Part shown: one piece after another, positions 1 through 9,303 of the stretch | Position numbering within the stretch: the stretch's first letter is position 1 | Layout of the letters: each line of letters starts with the position of its first letter | Source: Chloroflexota bacterium | Lineage (GTDB): Bacteria; Chloroflexota; UBA5177 | Length of the DNA stretch: 29,724 nucleotides | Reading direction: 5' to 3' | NCBI GenBank assembly: GCA_051004335.1 | Contig: JBPCKK010000084.1 | Span: 1 to 29,724, forward strand | The notes under the pieces: model-generated | The model's input: only the letters and a program-made list of their open reading frames with translations | Told to the model about the DNA's origin: nothing | Databases searched by the model: none | Position numbers and translations under genes: made by a program

Positions 1-732
1 CCGCGAGACCTGCAGAACGAGATGGAACACGGGTGGGGCGAGCGTCGCTCGCCCCAGGCCACGCAATCCGCGGGATCGGTGACGCAGGGCGCCGAGATGG
101 AGACCCGCCCGTAGTGCGTACAGGAGCAAGCAGACCAACGACACCAGGATTCCCGCCACCCAGGTTGAATAAATCGTCAACCCGTTGGTGTGCGTCAGCG
201 AGAGCCCGGCCCCGATCAGCACAAGAAATTTGGTCGAGGCAAAGATAATGTTTCGTATGAACTGGAGCCCACCGCGAAGTAGCCCAATCAGCGCTTGGTC
301 GAGGACAAGCGTCATGGTGGTCAGTCCGACGCCGGCGGCAAATACCACGACCGTGCCCACGCTTCCGCCTATTGGCCCCAATTGGGAAGAAACATGTGGG
401 GCGATCACGGCAAAGAGAACGCCTAGCACCCCTCCGGTGACTCCAGCAAGCATGAGTGCCGCTGAGATCAAGGCTCCCTGCCGATCAGGTTGACGCGGAA
501 GTTCACCCATGAGCAAAGTCCCGAGGCCGAGAGCCGCAATCACCGCCAGCAAGGTCATTGCGGAGATGGCGGCATACGCCAACCCCACTGAGGTGGGCGA
601 GAACCGGTGCGCCGCGAACCACCAGTAGACCAGACCAAGCCCGGCGGTGGCCGAGGCGGTACCGACAAGGGAGGACGCATTGGCGATGATCCGCCGGTTT
701 GCGCTACCGGTCAGACGGGCGGGCAATTTCAT
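1..732 (-). CDS. Wzx-like polysaccharide flippase / O-antigen-teichoic acid export membrane protein (3' end runs off the window)
   Basis: Not in the ORF track because no stop lies in the window. Manual translation from ATG at 732 is open to position 1: MKLPARLTGSANRRIIANASSLVGTASATAGLGLVYWWFAAHRFSPTSVGLAYAAISAMTLLAVIAALGLGTLLMGELPR..., polytopic and typical of MOP-superfamily flippases. ATGA overlap with the stop of the upstream gene (729-732). Confidence 0.8.
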   Translation of the reverse strand, partial: MKLPARLTGSANRRIIANASSLVGTASATAGLGLVYWWFAAHRFSPTSVGLAYAAISAMTLLAVIAALGLGTLLMGELPRQPDRQGALISAALMLAGVTGGVLGVLFAVIAPHVSSQLGPIGGSVGTVVVFAAGVGLTTMTLVLDQALIGLLRGGLQFIRNIIFASTKFLVLIGAGLSLTHTNGLTIYSTWVAGILVSLVCLLLYALRAGLHLGALRHRSRGLRGLGRATLAPPVFHLVLQVSR

Positions 733-1568
733 CCGACGTGACCGCCGTTCCCCGATGAAGTTGAGGCTACCGGCGCCGCAATACTCCACAGCTTCGTACT
801 CTGGTAGACGGCGCTGGGCCGTTCCGTGCGATAGAGCAGCGCCTGCACCGGCCCGGACGTACGAGCAGGCAACACGACCACAGTCTTCCAGGTTTTCCCC
901 GGCGACAACGAGATAGCGCGCCACTGTTTCACCGCATGGTCCTGGATGCGAAGTGTGACGTTGTACTGATGAGCACTTGACTCATTACTCATGATTCCAA
1001 CCTGCACCGTGCCGGTCGATGCGCCGGCCGGCAACAACCAAAACTGGGTAAACCCGGTCGAAGCCTGGCGCTGGGCGCCGAGTACGGCAGTTCCCACTGC
1101 GGCGACGACCACGAGCAGCGCAACGCCGAATTGCATCCCCTGGCGCAGCGTGAGCCGTGTGCGTGCCTGAGCAACTACGGTACGCAGTTGGTAGTGGCGA
1201 CGGCCCAGAGCTCCCAGACCGGCACATACAGTTGTGCCGGCTAACAGGAGCGCCCACGGCTTGGTCTCGAGGCCCCACGGTGTGGCATTGAGCAAAAAGC
1301 CACCACCGGTAGTGACGGCAATACTGCCACCGATGCTCAGTATGAGGCGCTCAGCGGCGCCAAATGGGTTCACATCAAAGGGGCGCGGCATGCTCTGCTG
1401 AGGATCAGGATAGGCCAAGGCCATGATGGCGTAGCCGGGAAGGATGAGGACGAGTGGGATGGTCAGCAGAGCACGGACAAGTAACACGTGCACGCCGAGG
1501 AGAGTTACCGCGGCGGCAAGAATGGCCAGCGCAATGACCGCATAGAGATCGCGCGAATTAGTGGCCAC
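729..1568 (-). CDS. DUF1616-like membrane protein
   Basis: N-terminal TM helices with PLVLILPGYA...AYP and ERLILSIGGSIA motifs, followed by a soluble beta-rich C-terminal domain (FTQFWLLP...VQVGIMSNE...QYNV). This is the DUF1616 architecture. Confidence 0.75.
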   Translation of the reverse strand: MATNSRDLYAVIALAILAAAVTLLGVHVLLVRALLTIPLVLILPGYAIMALAYPDPQQSMPRPFDVNPFGAAERLILSIGGSIAVTTGGGFLLNATPWGLETKPWALLLAGTTVCAGLGALGRRHYQLRTVVAQARTRLTLRQGMQFGVALLVVVAAVGTAVLGAQRQASTGFTQFWLLPAGASTGTVQVGIMSNESSAHQYNVTLRIQDHAVKQWRAISLSPGKTWKTVVVLPARTSGPVQALLYRTERPSAVYQSTKLWSIAAPVASTSSGNGGHVG

Positions 1569-3465
1569 GTGCTATGGCTCCGACATCAAAGATCTGGATC
1601 GCGCCGTTATCGAAAATACGGCTTATCTTTGGGGCGCGGTCGAACTTAGTGAACAGCTGAGGAGCAACAGGACGATCGAGGAACTTGTCGATTCTCGGAT
1701 TCGTGCCGTCAAATTGGACGCCCCAGGGCCGCCCGGTGGTGAGTCGACGATCGACGACTGCGTAGCGGATTTTGCCCTGACGGATGAGTGCCCGTTCTTG
1801 GGGGCCAATCTGCGTCGCCAGGAACAGGTACGAGACGTCCACGCCACCGTTCAGTGTGATTTCGATGTTCTGTTCGCCATATGATCCGAGAAGTAGGTTA
1901 TCGATCGAATCAGCAGCCACATGATTATTGGGGCCGAGATACGCTCGGACCCATCTGCTGGCGGATACGTTCCGGGTATCGATCGATCGGGGTCCGTCGG
2001 CGACCAAATAGGGGCCGGGGAGGCGCCAACTGGGTGGCCATCCGGCGATAATCCCACCGGTGAAGATAACTGATGCCCACAGCACAAATACCAGGGAGCG
2101 GGTCCGCCGGAACGGACGGCGCAGCCAGAGATGGACTGTCCCTACGGCCAAGACAAAGCTCAGGGCAACAAAGAGCGATTCCGACGCTCGGTTGGCGATT
2201 TCCCACCCTTGTCCGGTAAAGCGAAATGCGAGGCTGGCCGGGTACCCCAGCGCGCCAATGACCAACACTACCGCGATCGCCCGGTCCCGGAACCGACGCC
2301 ACACGCCCCAGAGACCGAGCGGCATGGCCAGCAAAATGAAGCCGGCCGAAGCAATACCGGTGAGACGCTCCCAGAGAGGAGATACCGTTCCCGTTGACGA
2401 GTGGAAGAGTTGTCGCCCGGCGAGCTGCCCGCTCAGAATGTTCCGCGCGAGCTCGAGAATTGCTCCCTCAAAATGCGGCGCGAGATAGCCAACCGTGATA
2501 GTCGCTACATAGATCAGCCAAACGGCACTTCCCACCAGGGTCAATACCGCCAGCAGTCCCGGACTTGTTCGATCGACGGCGCCACGGCGCCGCAGCCAAT
2601 AGGCGGCTATCTCCCAGAGGCAGAGAAACCCCGCCAGGAGATATGAAGTCAAGTGATGGGTTGTGATGACAACCGCGAGCAAGGGAAATATGAGGAAAGT
2701 CAGGCCCAAACGGCCGGGCGCCGAGTGCTGCTGGCGGCGAACCAGAAGGTACAAGACGAGTACCGCGATGGGCAGCGCGAGGGACTCGTATGAAAATTGC
2801 GCTGACCAAAAGACGAAATTCGGGTTGGCCATGTACAGCGCGGCGCCGATTCCCGCCACCCGCGTCGATCCGCTGACCTGGAGAAAGAGCAAGTACAAGG
2901 CCAGCACCAGAAGTAGCCGTGCCAGGCCGAGCACGATCAGCCCCACTATAAAGATAGGCAGGCCGCTGAGATGCGCCAGTGCGGTGGTCACGATCTCGAG
3001 GTCAGGGTAGAGAGCACTCACCGGCTGGAGGGGATTTTCATGAAAGAGATGGCCGCTGGTAAAGATGTCCTGTGCCGTGCGCAGATGCGCGAACTCGTCG
3101 TGAAAGGTAAACGCAATAGGGCTGTGCAGCACTTTCACGATATAGAGGCCGATTCCGAGGACCAGGACGAGACCCATACTCTCCCGACGCGTATCGGCTG
3201 ATGTCAACCGTGCCGCTACAGGAAAGAAGAGCACGAGCACTCCTACCCAGAAGAGCACTTGAGCCCAAAAGATGCCGTTTCGTGCCGCCGTATCGGCTAG
3301 AGACACGAGCAGCAGACCGCAGGCGGCCACGATGCTCAGGGCAGGTAGCCAGCCCCATTCCGCCTCATGACCAATGTCCACGACAGGCGCATACGTGGCC
3401 TCGTTTTCGGTGACTGGCGCCACCGGTACGGCCGCCAGGGTGTCCACAGTAGGTTCCGCGCTCAT
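1558..3465 (-). CDS. Polytopic membrane protein, probable GT-C fold glycosyltransferase/polymerase
   Basis: 635 aa with more than 10 hydrophobic segments, an acidic FHDEFAH motif in an early loop and a soluble C-terminal domain (IRYAVVDRR...FDNGAIQIFDV). Overlaps the DUF1616 gene by 11 bp within a glycan locus. Confidence 0.6.
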   Translation of the reverse strand: MSAEPTVDTLAAVPVAPVTENEATYAPVVDIGHEAEWGWLPALSIVAACGLLLVSLADTAARNGIFWAQVLFWVGVLVLFFPVAARLTSADTRRESMGLVLVLGIGLYIVKVLHSPIAFTFHDEFAHLRTAQDIFTSGHLFHENPLQPVSALYPDLEIVTTALAHLSGLPIFIVGLIVLGLARLLLVLALYLLFLQVSGSTRVAGIGAALYMANPNFVFWSAQFSYESLALPIAVLVLYLLVRRQQHSAPGRLGLTFLIFPLLAVVITTHHLTSYLLAGFLCLWEIAAYWLRRRGAVDRTSPGLLAVLTLVGSAVWLIYVATITVGYLAPHFEGAILELARNILSGQLAGRQLFHSSTGTVSPLWERLTGIASAGFILLAMPLGLWGVWRRFRDRAIAVVLVIGALGYPASLAFRFTGQGWEIANRASESLFVALSFVLAVGTVHLWLRRPFRRTRSLVFVLWASVIFTGGIIAGWPPSWRLPGPYLVADGPRSIDTRNVSASRWVRAYLGPNNHVAADSIDNLLLGSYGEQNIEITLNGGVDVSYLFLATQIGPQERALIRQGKIRYAVVDRRLTTGRPWGVQFDGTNPRIDKFLDRPVAPQLFTKFDRAPKISRIFDNGAIQIFDVGAIARGH

Positions 3466-3492
3466 GGCGTACTCATGCGCTTGCGGTACTGC

Positions 3493-4764
3493 TCACACAT
3501 GGCTTGCCATCCCCGCCGAAGTAGCCACAGTATCCATCTTGGTTGAAGCGCCGGTGACTTCCTGATACACTGCCTCGATCCGGGGGACAACGACGCTGGC
3601 GCGAAAAAGATTGACACGCTCCCGGCTGGCACTGCCCATCGTTTCGCGAAGGGTTCCATCGGCCAGTAAGGAAGCCATCGCGTGGGCCAACGCCTCAGCG
3701 TTTCCCGGCGGCACCAGCAGCCCGGTTACCCCATTGTCGACAATGTCGGGCAATCCGCCGATGTTGGACGCGATGACCGGCCTGCCTGCCGCCATCGATT
3801 CCAGGACAACTATGCCGAAGGGTTCATCCCAGACCGAGGGCGCCAGCGCCAGCAGACTGCGATACCGGCTTTCCATCACAACATCGTTGGGCCATGGACC
3901 TAGAACAACCACGTTATCGGGAAAGCGCTGAGGCGCATCCGGGCCCTGGCGCCCGATGAGAACCAATGGAGGAGCGCCGCTCAGGCCGGAGTAGGCCCGC
4001 AGCAGCACATCCACACCTTTGTCTTGCGATAGGTCGCCAACGTAGAGAAGGTACTCCTCGCCGGGGAGTTGCGCGAGGCGCGGGTCGTCTCCAGTCCGCT
4101 CCTTGCCCAGATCATCCGGAACAAAGTTCGGAATGATGCGGCACGGTAGATTCCGGTCAATGATTCCATTGCCCACGGCCGTGGCATGACTGACGGCGAT
4201 AAACATGTCGACGGCGTGTCGCTCCACCGCCCCCATCACCCAGTTGGTTACTGTGGTGGTCACTCCCTTGACGGCGCCATAGTGGTCGCTGGCGCACCCC
4301 AGACATTTCGTTAGTCCAGGGCCGCTGCAAGGAGCGCCGCGATACATCAGCCGCTTCTTAGCGCAGGCCAGACTGTAGTCGTGCAGCGTCATCACCAGCT
4401 TGGCGCCGCTCCAGGCCTTGAGCGGCAGGAATGAATGCACCAGCCAATTGTGGGCGTGCACAATCTCCGGTCGTTCCTTCGTGATGATACGGTGAAGCGC
4501 GGCGCTCGCTTCCGGATCGGGGAATGGCGGTACGTGCGGGCGCGCGCTGTCGGTAAACGCCCAGGTGGCCCGTTGCATGGTTGTGCGGATCCGATGGATC
4601 CGCACGCGGGCGTCAATTTCGAATTCGGGCTCTCCCGGTAGCGCCAGGGTAGCCACCGACACGTCGTGTCCCCGGGTAACCAGCTCGCGACTCAGGCCCT
4701 GAACGTGCCGCTCTTCGCCGCCGACTACCGGTGGATAGAACTGCGCGAGCATCAGGATACGCAC
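3493..4764 (-). CDS. Glycosyltransferase family 4 (GT-B)
   Basis: Start moved to GTG 4764 (MRILMLAQFYPPVVGGEERHV). Contains HAHNW, YVGDLSQDKG and EPFGIVVLESMAAGRPVIASNIGG (EX7E motif). Overlaps the upstream GT4 stop. Confidence 0.93.
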   Translation of the reverse strand: MRILMLAQFYPPVVGGEERHVQGLSRELVTRGHDVSVATLALPGEPEFEIDARVRIHRIRTTMQRATWAFTDSARPHVPPFPDPEASAALHRIITKERPEIVHAHNWLVHSFLPLKAWSGAKLVMTLHDYSLACAKKRLMYRGAPCSGPGLTKCLGCASDHYGAVKGVTTTVTNWVMGAVERHAVDMFIAVSHATAVGNGIIDRNLPCRIIPNFVPDDLGKERTGDDPRLAQLPGEEYLLYVGDLSQDKGVDVLLRAYSGLSGAPPLVLIGRQGPDAPQRFPDNVVVLGPWPNDVVMESRYRSLLALAPSVWDEPFGIVVLESMAAGRPVIASNIGGLPDIVDNGVTGLLVPPGNAEALAHAMASLLADGTLRETMGSASRERVNLFRASVVVPRIEAVYQEVTGASTKMDTVATSAGMASHV

Positions 4765-5837
4765 GCGGACTCTCTCAGTGCCTGGTCGTATACGGCGAGA
4801 AGATCGGTGACGCAGTCCTCCCACGTGGGAAGAACTATGTTTCCCGCTTGTCGTGGATGGCGTAGGTTTTCGAGGACACTCTGGGCAATCTCGTGGGTCG
4901 TGCTTGCCAGAGGAATCGAGGCCACCAGACCGCGGTCGGCCAGCTCGGCCAATCCGGAGGTGTAGGTCACCAGGACTGGCCGGCCCAACGCAAGCGCCTC
5001 CATCACGGCGATCGGGTGGGCCTCGAAGTCGCTCAAGAGCACCACAAGCGCACTCCCGGCGAGTGTCCGTGCCATGCCACCGCGGTCGGCGACTGGAATG
5101 CTTCCGATCTCGACTCGATCGGCCACTCCCAACTCGGCTGCTAGCCGACGAAGCACCGCTTCGAACGGGCCGCTACCGAGGATGCGGAGGTGAGCGTCCG
5201 GACACTGTTCGAGGATCTCCGGAAGCGCGGCGATGACGCGTTGGTGCCCCTTGTAGCGCTCCAGCCGGCCAACGGAAAGAATCAGCGTGGAGTCTATCTG
5301 CACGGGAGCCGATTCCATGACCAGTTGAGATCCGTTGGGAATAACGGCAAATTGCTCGCGCGGGAGGTGCAAATGGTTGGCGAAAAGATCTGCTTCAAAG
5401 TCCGAGACTGCCACCAGCCGAGTCGCGCCGGCCAAGAGTGGTCGCAGCAGCCGGCGTTGCAGGCCCCGTATTGCGTTGCGCAGGCGTGAGGAATGTCCAC
5501 CGGTGTGGAAAGTGACCGCATAGGGAATACCAGCCCGCCACGCGGCAAACATGGCAAGCGGCGCAACGAATGTTTGCCATCCCTGACAGTGCACGAGGTC
5601 CCAGGCGCCACCGGTGATCACCGGATAGACGGCGGGAGCAAGATAGTAGTCACGCCTTCGTGGCCAGGCGCGTACTCGCTTGATGTGAATACCGTCGACC
5701 TGCTCCTCTCTTGGTAATTCGCCACTCACATCGGTGGTGAGCACGGTTACCTCATGGCCCAGGGCCGCCAGCCGGCGTGCCACTTCATGGGTATGCACTT
5801 CCACTCCACCCATCCAGGGAAAATACCGTGCGGTCAC
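4752..5837 (-). CDS. Glycosyltransferase family 4 (GT-B); true start uncertain, possibly upstream
   Basis: YFPWMGGVEVH, SVGRLERYKG and EAHPIAVMEALALGRPV motifs. The in-frame upstream sequence encodes RPLRILF directly before the GTG at 5837. Confidence 0.9.
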   Translation of the reverse strand: MTARYFPWMGGVEVHTHEVARRLAALGHEVTVLTTDVSGELPREEQVDGIHIKRVRAWPRRRDYYLAPAVYPVITGGAWDLVHCQGWQTFVAPLAMFAAWRAGIPYAVTFHTGGHSSRLRNAIRGLQRRLLRPLLAGATRLVAVSDFEADLFANHLHLPREQFAVIPNGSQLVMESAPVQIDSTLILSVGRLERYKGHQRVIAALPEILEQCPDAHLRILGSGPFEAVLRRLAAELGVADRVEIGSIPVADRGGMARTLAGSALVVLLSDFEAHPIAVMEALALGRPVLVTYTSGLAELADRGLVASIPLASTTHEIAQSVLENLRHPRQAGNIVLPTWEDCVTDLLAVYDQALRESACVS

Positions 5838-6007
5838 AAATAAAATACGGAGAGGTCGTGAGCGATAAAGTGTCCCGCCGGCGGAGCGTCTAGTATCTAA
5901 CTGTGTCAGCTATGAGTAACAACTGATGCGGTGATAGTACTGTCACACGCCGTGACCGCATAGTCAAGCAGTTCGAACCCGGCGACTCGACGGCGGCGCC
6001 TTCCAAT

Positions 6008-6703
6008 GTGCGGTATCGCCTTGGGAAGCTGAAAGAGCTCAGTCTGTTGCGTGGGCGCTGGCTCGACTGCGGCTGTGCAACCGGCGGATACACCGTGGCC
6101 CTGGTGGAAATGGGCGTGGAAAGCGCGGTGGGAGTCGACCCCGACGAGGCCCGGACCGCAGAGGCCGCTTCGGCACACCGCGCGAATCCGGCGGTGCAGT
6201 TCCAGCAGGCCGAGGCTGAATCTCTTCCATTTCCCGACGCTTCGTTCGATGGCGTCCTGCTCAATGAGGTGTTGGAGCACGTGCGGAGCGAGCGGCAGAC
6301 GTTGCGCGAGATCTACCGGGTGCTCAAGCCGGCGGGGCGCCTCGCCATCATGGTTCCCAATCGTGGATTCCCGTTCGAGGGGCACGGCATGCATATCGGT
6401 AGTCTCAATGTGAACATCCCGATCCCGTTCCTCGCCTGGGTACCACAGCGCATTGGACGGCACTTCATGCGTGCCCGCAACTACTGGCCGCGCGAACTGC
6501 ACGATCTCGTGAACAGCCAGGAATTTGAGATTCAGCACACCAGCTTCCTTTTTCCCACGTTTGAGGTGTATCCCTGGCTTCCGGCTCGCGCTGTTGCGCG
6601 TTATCGTCAGCTGGTTCCCGAACTTGAGCGAACGCCACTCCTGCGGCGTATGGGGAACTCGTACCTTCTGATCGCCCGGAAGCCACCGGATAACGCCCGG
6701 TAG
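6008..6703 (+). CDS. Class I SAM-dependent methyltransferase (Methyltransf_11-like)
   Basis: Motif I WLDCGCATG, acidic GVDPD, LPFPDASFDGVLLNEVLEHV and RVLKPAGRL. It is the only plus-strand gene inside the glycan locus. Confidence 0.9.
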   Translation: MRYRLGKLKELSLLRGRWLDCGCATGGYTVALVEMGVESAVGVDPDEARTAEAASAHRANPAVQFQQAEAESLPFPDASFDGVLLNEVLEHVRSERQTLREIYRVLKPAGRLAIMVPNRGFPFEGHGMHIGSLNVNIPIPFLAWVPQRIGRHFMRARNYWPRELHDLVNSQEFEIQHTSFLFPTFEVYPWLPARAVARYRQLVPELERTPLLRRMGNSYLLIARKPPDNAR

Positions 6704-6723
6704 GTATCCGCAGGTTCGGAGCG

Positions 6724-7323
6724 TCATTGATTCCGGCACACCTGTTGAAAGTGAGCGGTGATCGCGTGGGTAAGCACCATATGCGCGTCTTCGACCTGCC
6801 CATAGTCATTGCTTCCGACAACCACGCTGTGATCCACGAGGTCTTTGACCTTCCCGCCGGAGAAGCCGAGCAGGCCAACCGATCTCATGCCGAGGTCACG
6901 AGCCGCCTTGACGGCCTCGACAATGTTGGGAGAATTGCCGCTCGCCGTGATGACTATAAGTAAATCGTTCGGGCTGCCGTGGGTGCGCAATTGCTCCGAA
7001 AACACTACATCGTAACTTGCGTCGTTTCCCCAGGCGGTAAGCAGCGCCACATTGTCGGTGAGGGCCACTGCTCTCATGCGTCGCACGCCGTATTCGGTGG
7101 TCACGCCTCTCACTGTCTTGCCTAGGTCACAGGCCATATGAGAGGCGGTAGACGCGCTCCCCCCGTTGCCCACTACAAAGATTTGCTGATTATTCTCGTA
7201 CGCCGTCTGAATATACGTGATGATCTCGTGCGTGTCCTCAACGGACAGGGTATCAAGAACCGCGCTCAACGTACTCAAGTACGTCTTGATTCCCTTTCTG
7301 GTGTCAAATGCTAGGTTAAACAT
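6724..7323 (-). CDS. gmhA: Phosphoheptose (sedoheptulose-7-phosphate) isomerase, SIS domain
   Basis: GNGGSASTASHMACDL, ALTDN, ITASGNSPN and EDAH motifs. Adjacent to an HddA-like kinase with an 8 bp overlap. Confidence 0.88.
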   Translation of the reverse strand: MFNLAFDTRKGIKTYLSTLSAVLDTLSVEDTHEIITYIQTAYENNQQIFVVGNGGSASTASHMACDLGKTVRGVTTEYGVRRMRAVALTDNVALLTAWGNDASYDVVFSEQLRTHGSPNDLLIVITASGNSPNIVEAVKAARDLGMRSVGLLGFSGGKVKDLVDHSVVVGSNDYGQVEDAHMVLTHAITAHFQQVCRNQ

Positions 7324-8314
7324 ATCTATTCGCCTCTTCCACGTAAACTATCTTGCTGCCTTGCGGTTCAAATTGAAACGCCACTGGTTTCAGTGCGCAC
7401 AGTGCCGTTCGGATTTCCTGGTGGCGTTCCGGTGGGGCAAAGAGTAGCAAAAAACCGCCGCCGCCGGCTCCCAAAATCTTGCCGCCCAGCGCGCCATGCT
7501 TCCGGGCGCACTCATACCACTCGTCGATGCGCTGATTGCTGATGCCTGACGCCAGGCTTCTCTTACTCAGCCACCCCTGGTGGAGGATTTCGCCAAAGGT
7601 GCTCAGGTCATCACGGTAGAGCGCATCGCGGAGTTCGCGAGCCAGGCTCGTCATGCTTCGCAACGCCTCACGACGCGGACCAGTCTCTCCAGTGTTGCGT
7701 TTTTGCTCCTCAAGCACCGCGCCGGATGATCTGGTCATGCCGGTGTAGAGCAAGAGCAGGTGATCCTGCAATCCACGCTTCGTCGCCGGCGAGCAGATAA
7801 TCGGATCGACGAACACGCTCTCATCAGAATTGAACTGGATGTACTGCAGACCGCCGAAGGCGGCGATGTACTGGTCTTGCTTTCCTATCGGCTTGCCACA
7901 CACGTCGATTTCCACATGACAAGCCTCGGTAGCGAGTCGTGTGGCTCCGGCATGTTCGCCATGAAACGCATGCAACGCATTGAGCAATCCCACGGTATAG
8001 GTACTGGACGAGCCCAGACCGGTACCTTCCGACGGTATATCCGAAATTGAGGTTACTTCGAGAGCGCCACGCTGCTCGGTGAGCTTCAATGACTCGCGAA
8101 TGAGCTCGTTCTTGAGTTCATCCGCGCTGTTCACGATCTCGGTCACTGAATAGCTAGCTCGTATCTTGTTGTCGAACTTTTCATTGACATTGATGTAGAT
8201 GTATTTGTTGATAGCCGTGGTGACCACGGCGCCGGGTTCTGTGCGGTAAAAAGCGGAGAGATCGCTCCCTCCGCCGGCGAAGGTCACGCGCAACGGCGTC
8301 CGCGAGATGATCAT
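7316..8314 (-). CDS. hddA: GHMP kinase, D-glycero-alpha-D-manno-heptose-7-phosphate kinase-like
   Basis: Start moved to ATG 8314 (ATGA overlap with the galE stop): MIISRTPLRVTFAGGGSD. Contains PSEGTGLGSSS, GKQDQY and GGKILGAGGGGF. Confidence 0.87.
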   Translation of the reverse strand: MIISRTPLRVTFAGGGSDLSAFYRTEPGAVVTTAINKYIYINVNEKFDNKIRASYSVTEIVNSADELKNELIRESLKLTEQRGALEVTSISDIPSEGTGLGSSSTYTVGLLNALHAFHGEHAGATRLATEACHVEIDVCGKPIGKQDQYIAAFGGLQYIQFNSDESVFVDPIICSPATKRGLQDHLLLLYTGMTRSSGAVLEEQKRNTGETGPRREALRSMTSLARELRDALYRDDLSTFGEILHQGWLSKRSLASGISNQRIDEWYECARKHGALGGKILGAGGGGFLLLFAPPERHQEIRTALCALKPVAFQFEPQGSKIVYVEEANRYV

Positions 8315-9303
8315 GCCGCATACCCCGATGGATGGCTCTGCCGCCACGCCCAGGCGGTGCGCACCATGCCTTCCAGATCGGGGTAGCGTGGTGACCAACC
8401 CAGGTCCTGACGAATTCGTGCTGAGTCGGCAACGAGGCGAGCTGGGTCACCGGGACGCCGATCACCGGCTACTATCGGGATCGGCCGGCCGGTTACGCGC
8501 CGCACCATCTCGATGACCTCCAGATTCGAGTAGCCGTTGCTGTTGCCCATGTTGTACGCCTGGCCGCCCACCTGCTCGGCATGGGCAAGGGCCAGAAGGT
8601 GCGCCTGGGCAATATCGGCAACGTGAATGTAATCACGAATGCACGTTCCATCCGGCGTATCGTAGTCCGTGCCGAATAGCTGGATAGCGTCTCGCTGGCC
8701 GGTGGCTACCTCAAAGACTATGGGAATCAGGTGCGTTTCCGGTACGTGATATTCGCCGTGGAGATCGGTAGCGCCGCAGGCATTGAAGTAGCGCAGTGAA
8801 ATATAGGAGAGGCCGTATGCTGAGCGATACCAGCGCAACATGCCCTCGAAGGCCAGTTTGGATGCACCGTACGAGTTCACTGGGTCATGAGGGGCATCCT
8901 CGGGGATAGGCACGCTTAGCGGCTCGCCGTACACGGCGGCGGTGGAGGAGAAGACTATACGCTTCACGCCGGCTTCCACCATGGCCTCAAGGAGATTGAG
9001 GCCGCCACAGGTATTCACCGAATAAAAGCGACCCGGATCGCGGAGCGACTCGTCAATGAGCGCCTCGGCGGCGAGATGAACCACCGCGTCGACCGGGTTC
9101 TCCTGCAGCACCTGCTTGAGCCAGGGACCATCGGTGATGTCCCCCTGGATAAATCGGGCCTCCGGAGGTACGGCGGCGGCATGACCATGCCGTAGATCAT
9201 CGAGCGCTATCACCTCGTATCCCTCTGCAAGCAGGAACTCAGAAACGACGCTACCGATGTAGCCTGCTGCTCCAGTGACGAGCACTCGAGCGGGAGGCGT
9301 CAT
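8311..9303 (-). CDS. galE: UDP-glucose 4-epimerase
   Basis: GAAGYIG Rossmann motif, FSSTAAVYG, YGASK (YxxxK), RYFNACGA, PETHLIP and GTDYDTPDGTCIRDYIHV. Confidence 0.92.
   Translation of the reverse strand: MTPPARVLVTGAAGYIGSVVSEFLLAEGYEVIALDDLRHGHAAAVPPEARFIQGDITDGPWLKQVLQENPVDAVVHLAAEALIDESLRDPGRFYSVNTCGGLNLLEAMVEAGVKRIVFSSTAAVYGEPLSVPIPEDAPHDPVNSYGASKLAFEGMLRWYRSAYGLSYISLRYFNACGATDLHGEYHVPETHLIPIVFEVATGQRDAIQLFGTDYDTPDGTCIRDYIHVADIAQAHLLALAHAEQVGGQAYNMGNSNGYSNLEVIEMVRRVTGRPIPIVAGDRRPGDPARLVADSARIRQDLGWSPRYPDLEGMVRTAWAWRQSHPSGYAA

Noticed and set aside
5906-6739. 277-aa minus-strand ORF
   Set aside because: Antisense shadow of the methyltransferase, which has clear motifs. This ORF has none, and long shadow ORFs are expected at this GC content.
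6724-8314. LPS inner-core (ADP-heptose) pathway
   Set aside because: The kinase is GHMP/HddA-type (alpha-anomer, GDP route), not HldE/RfaE, and no lipid A or core genes are present.
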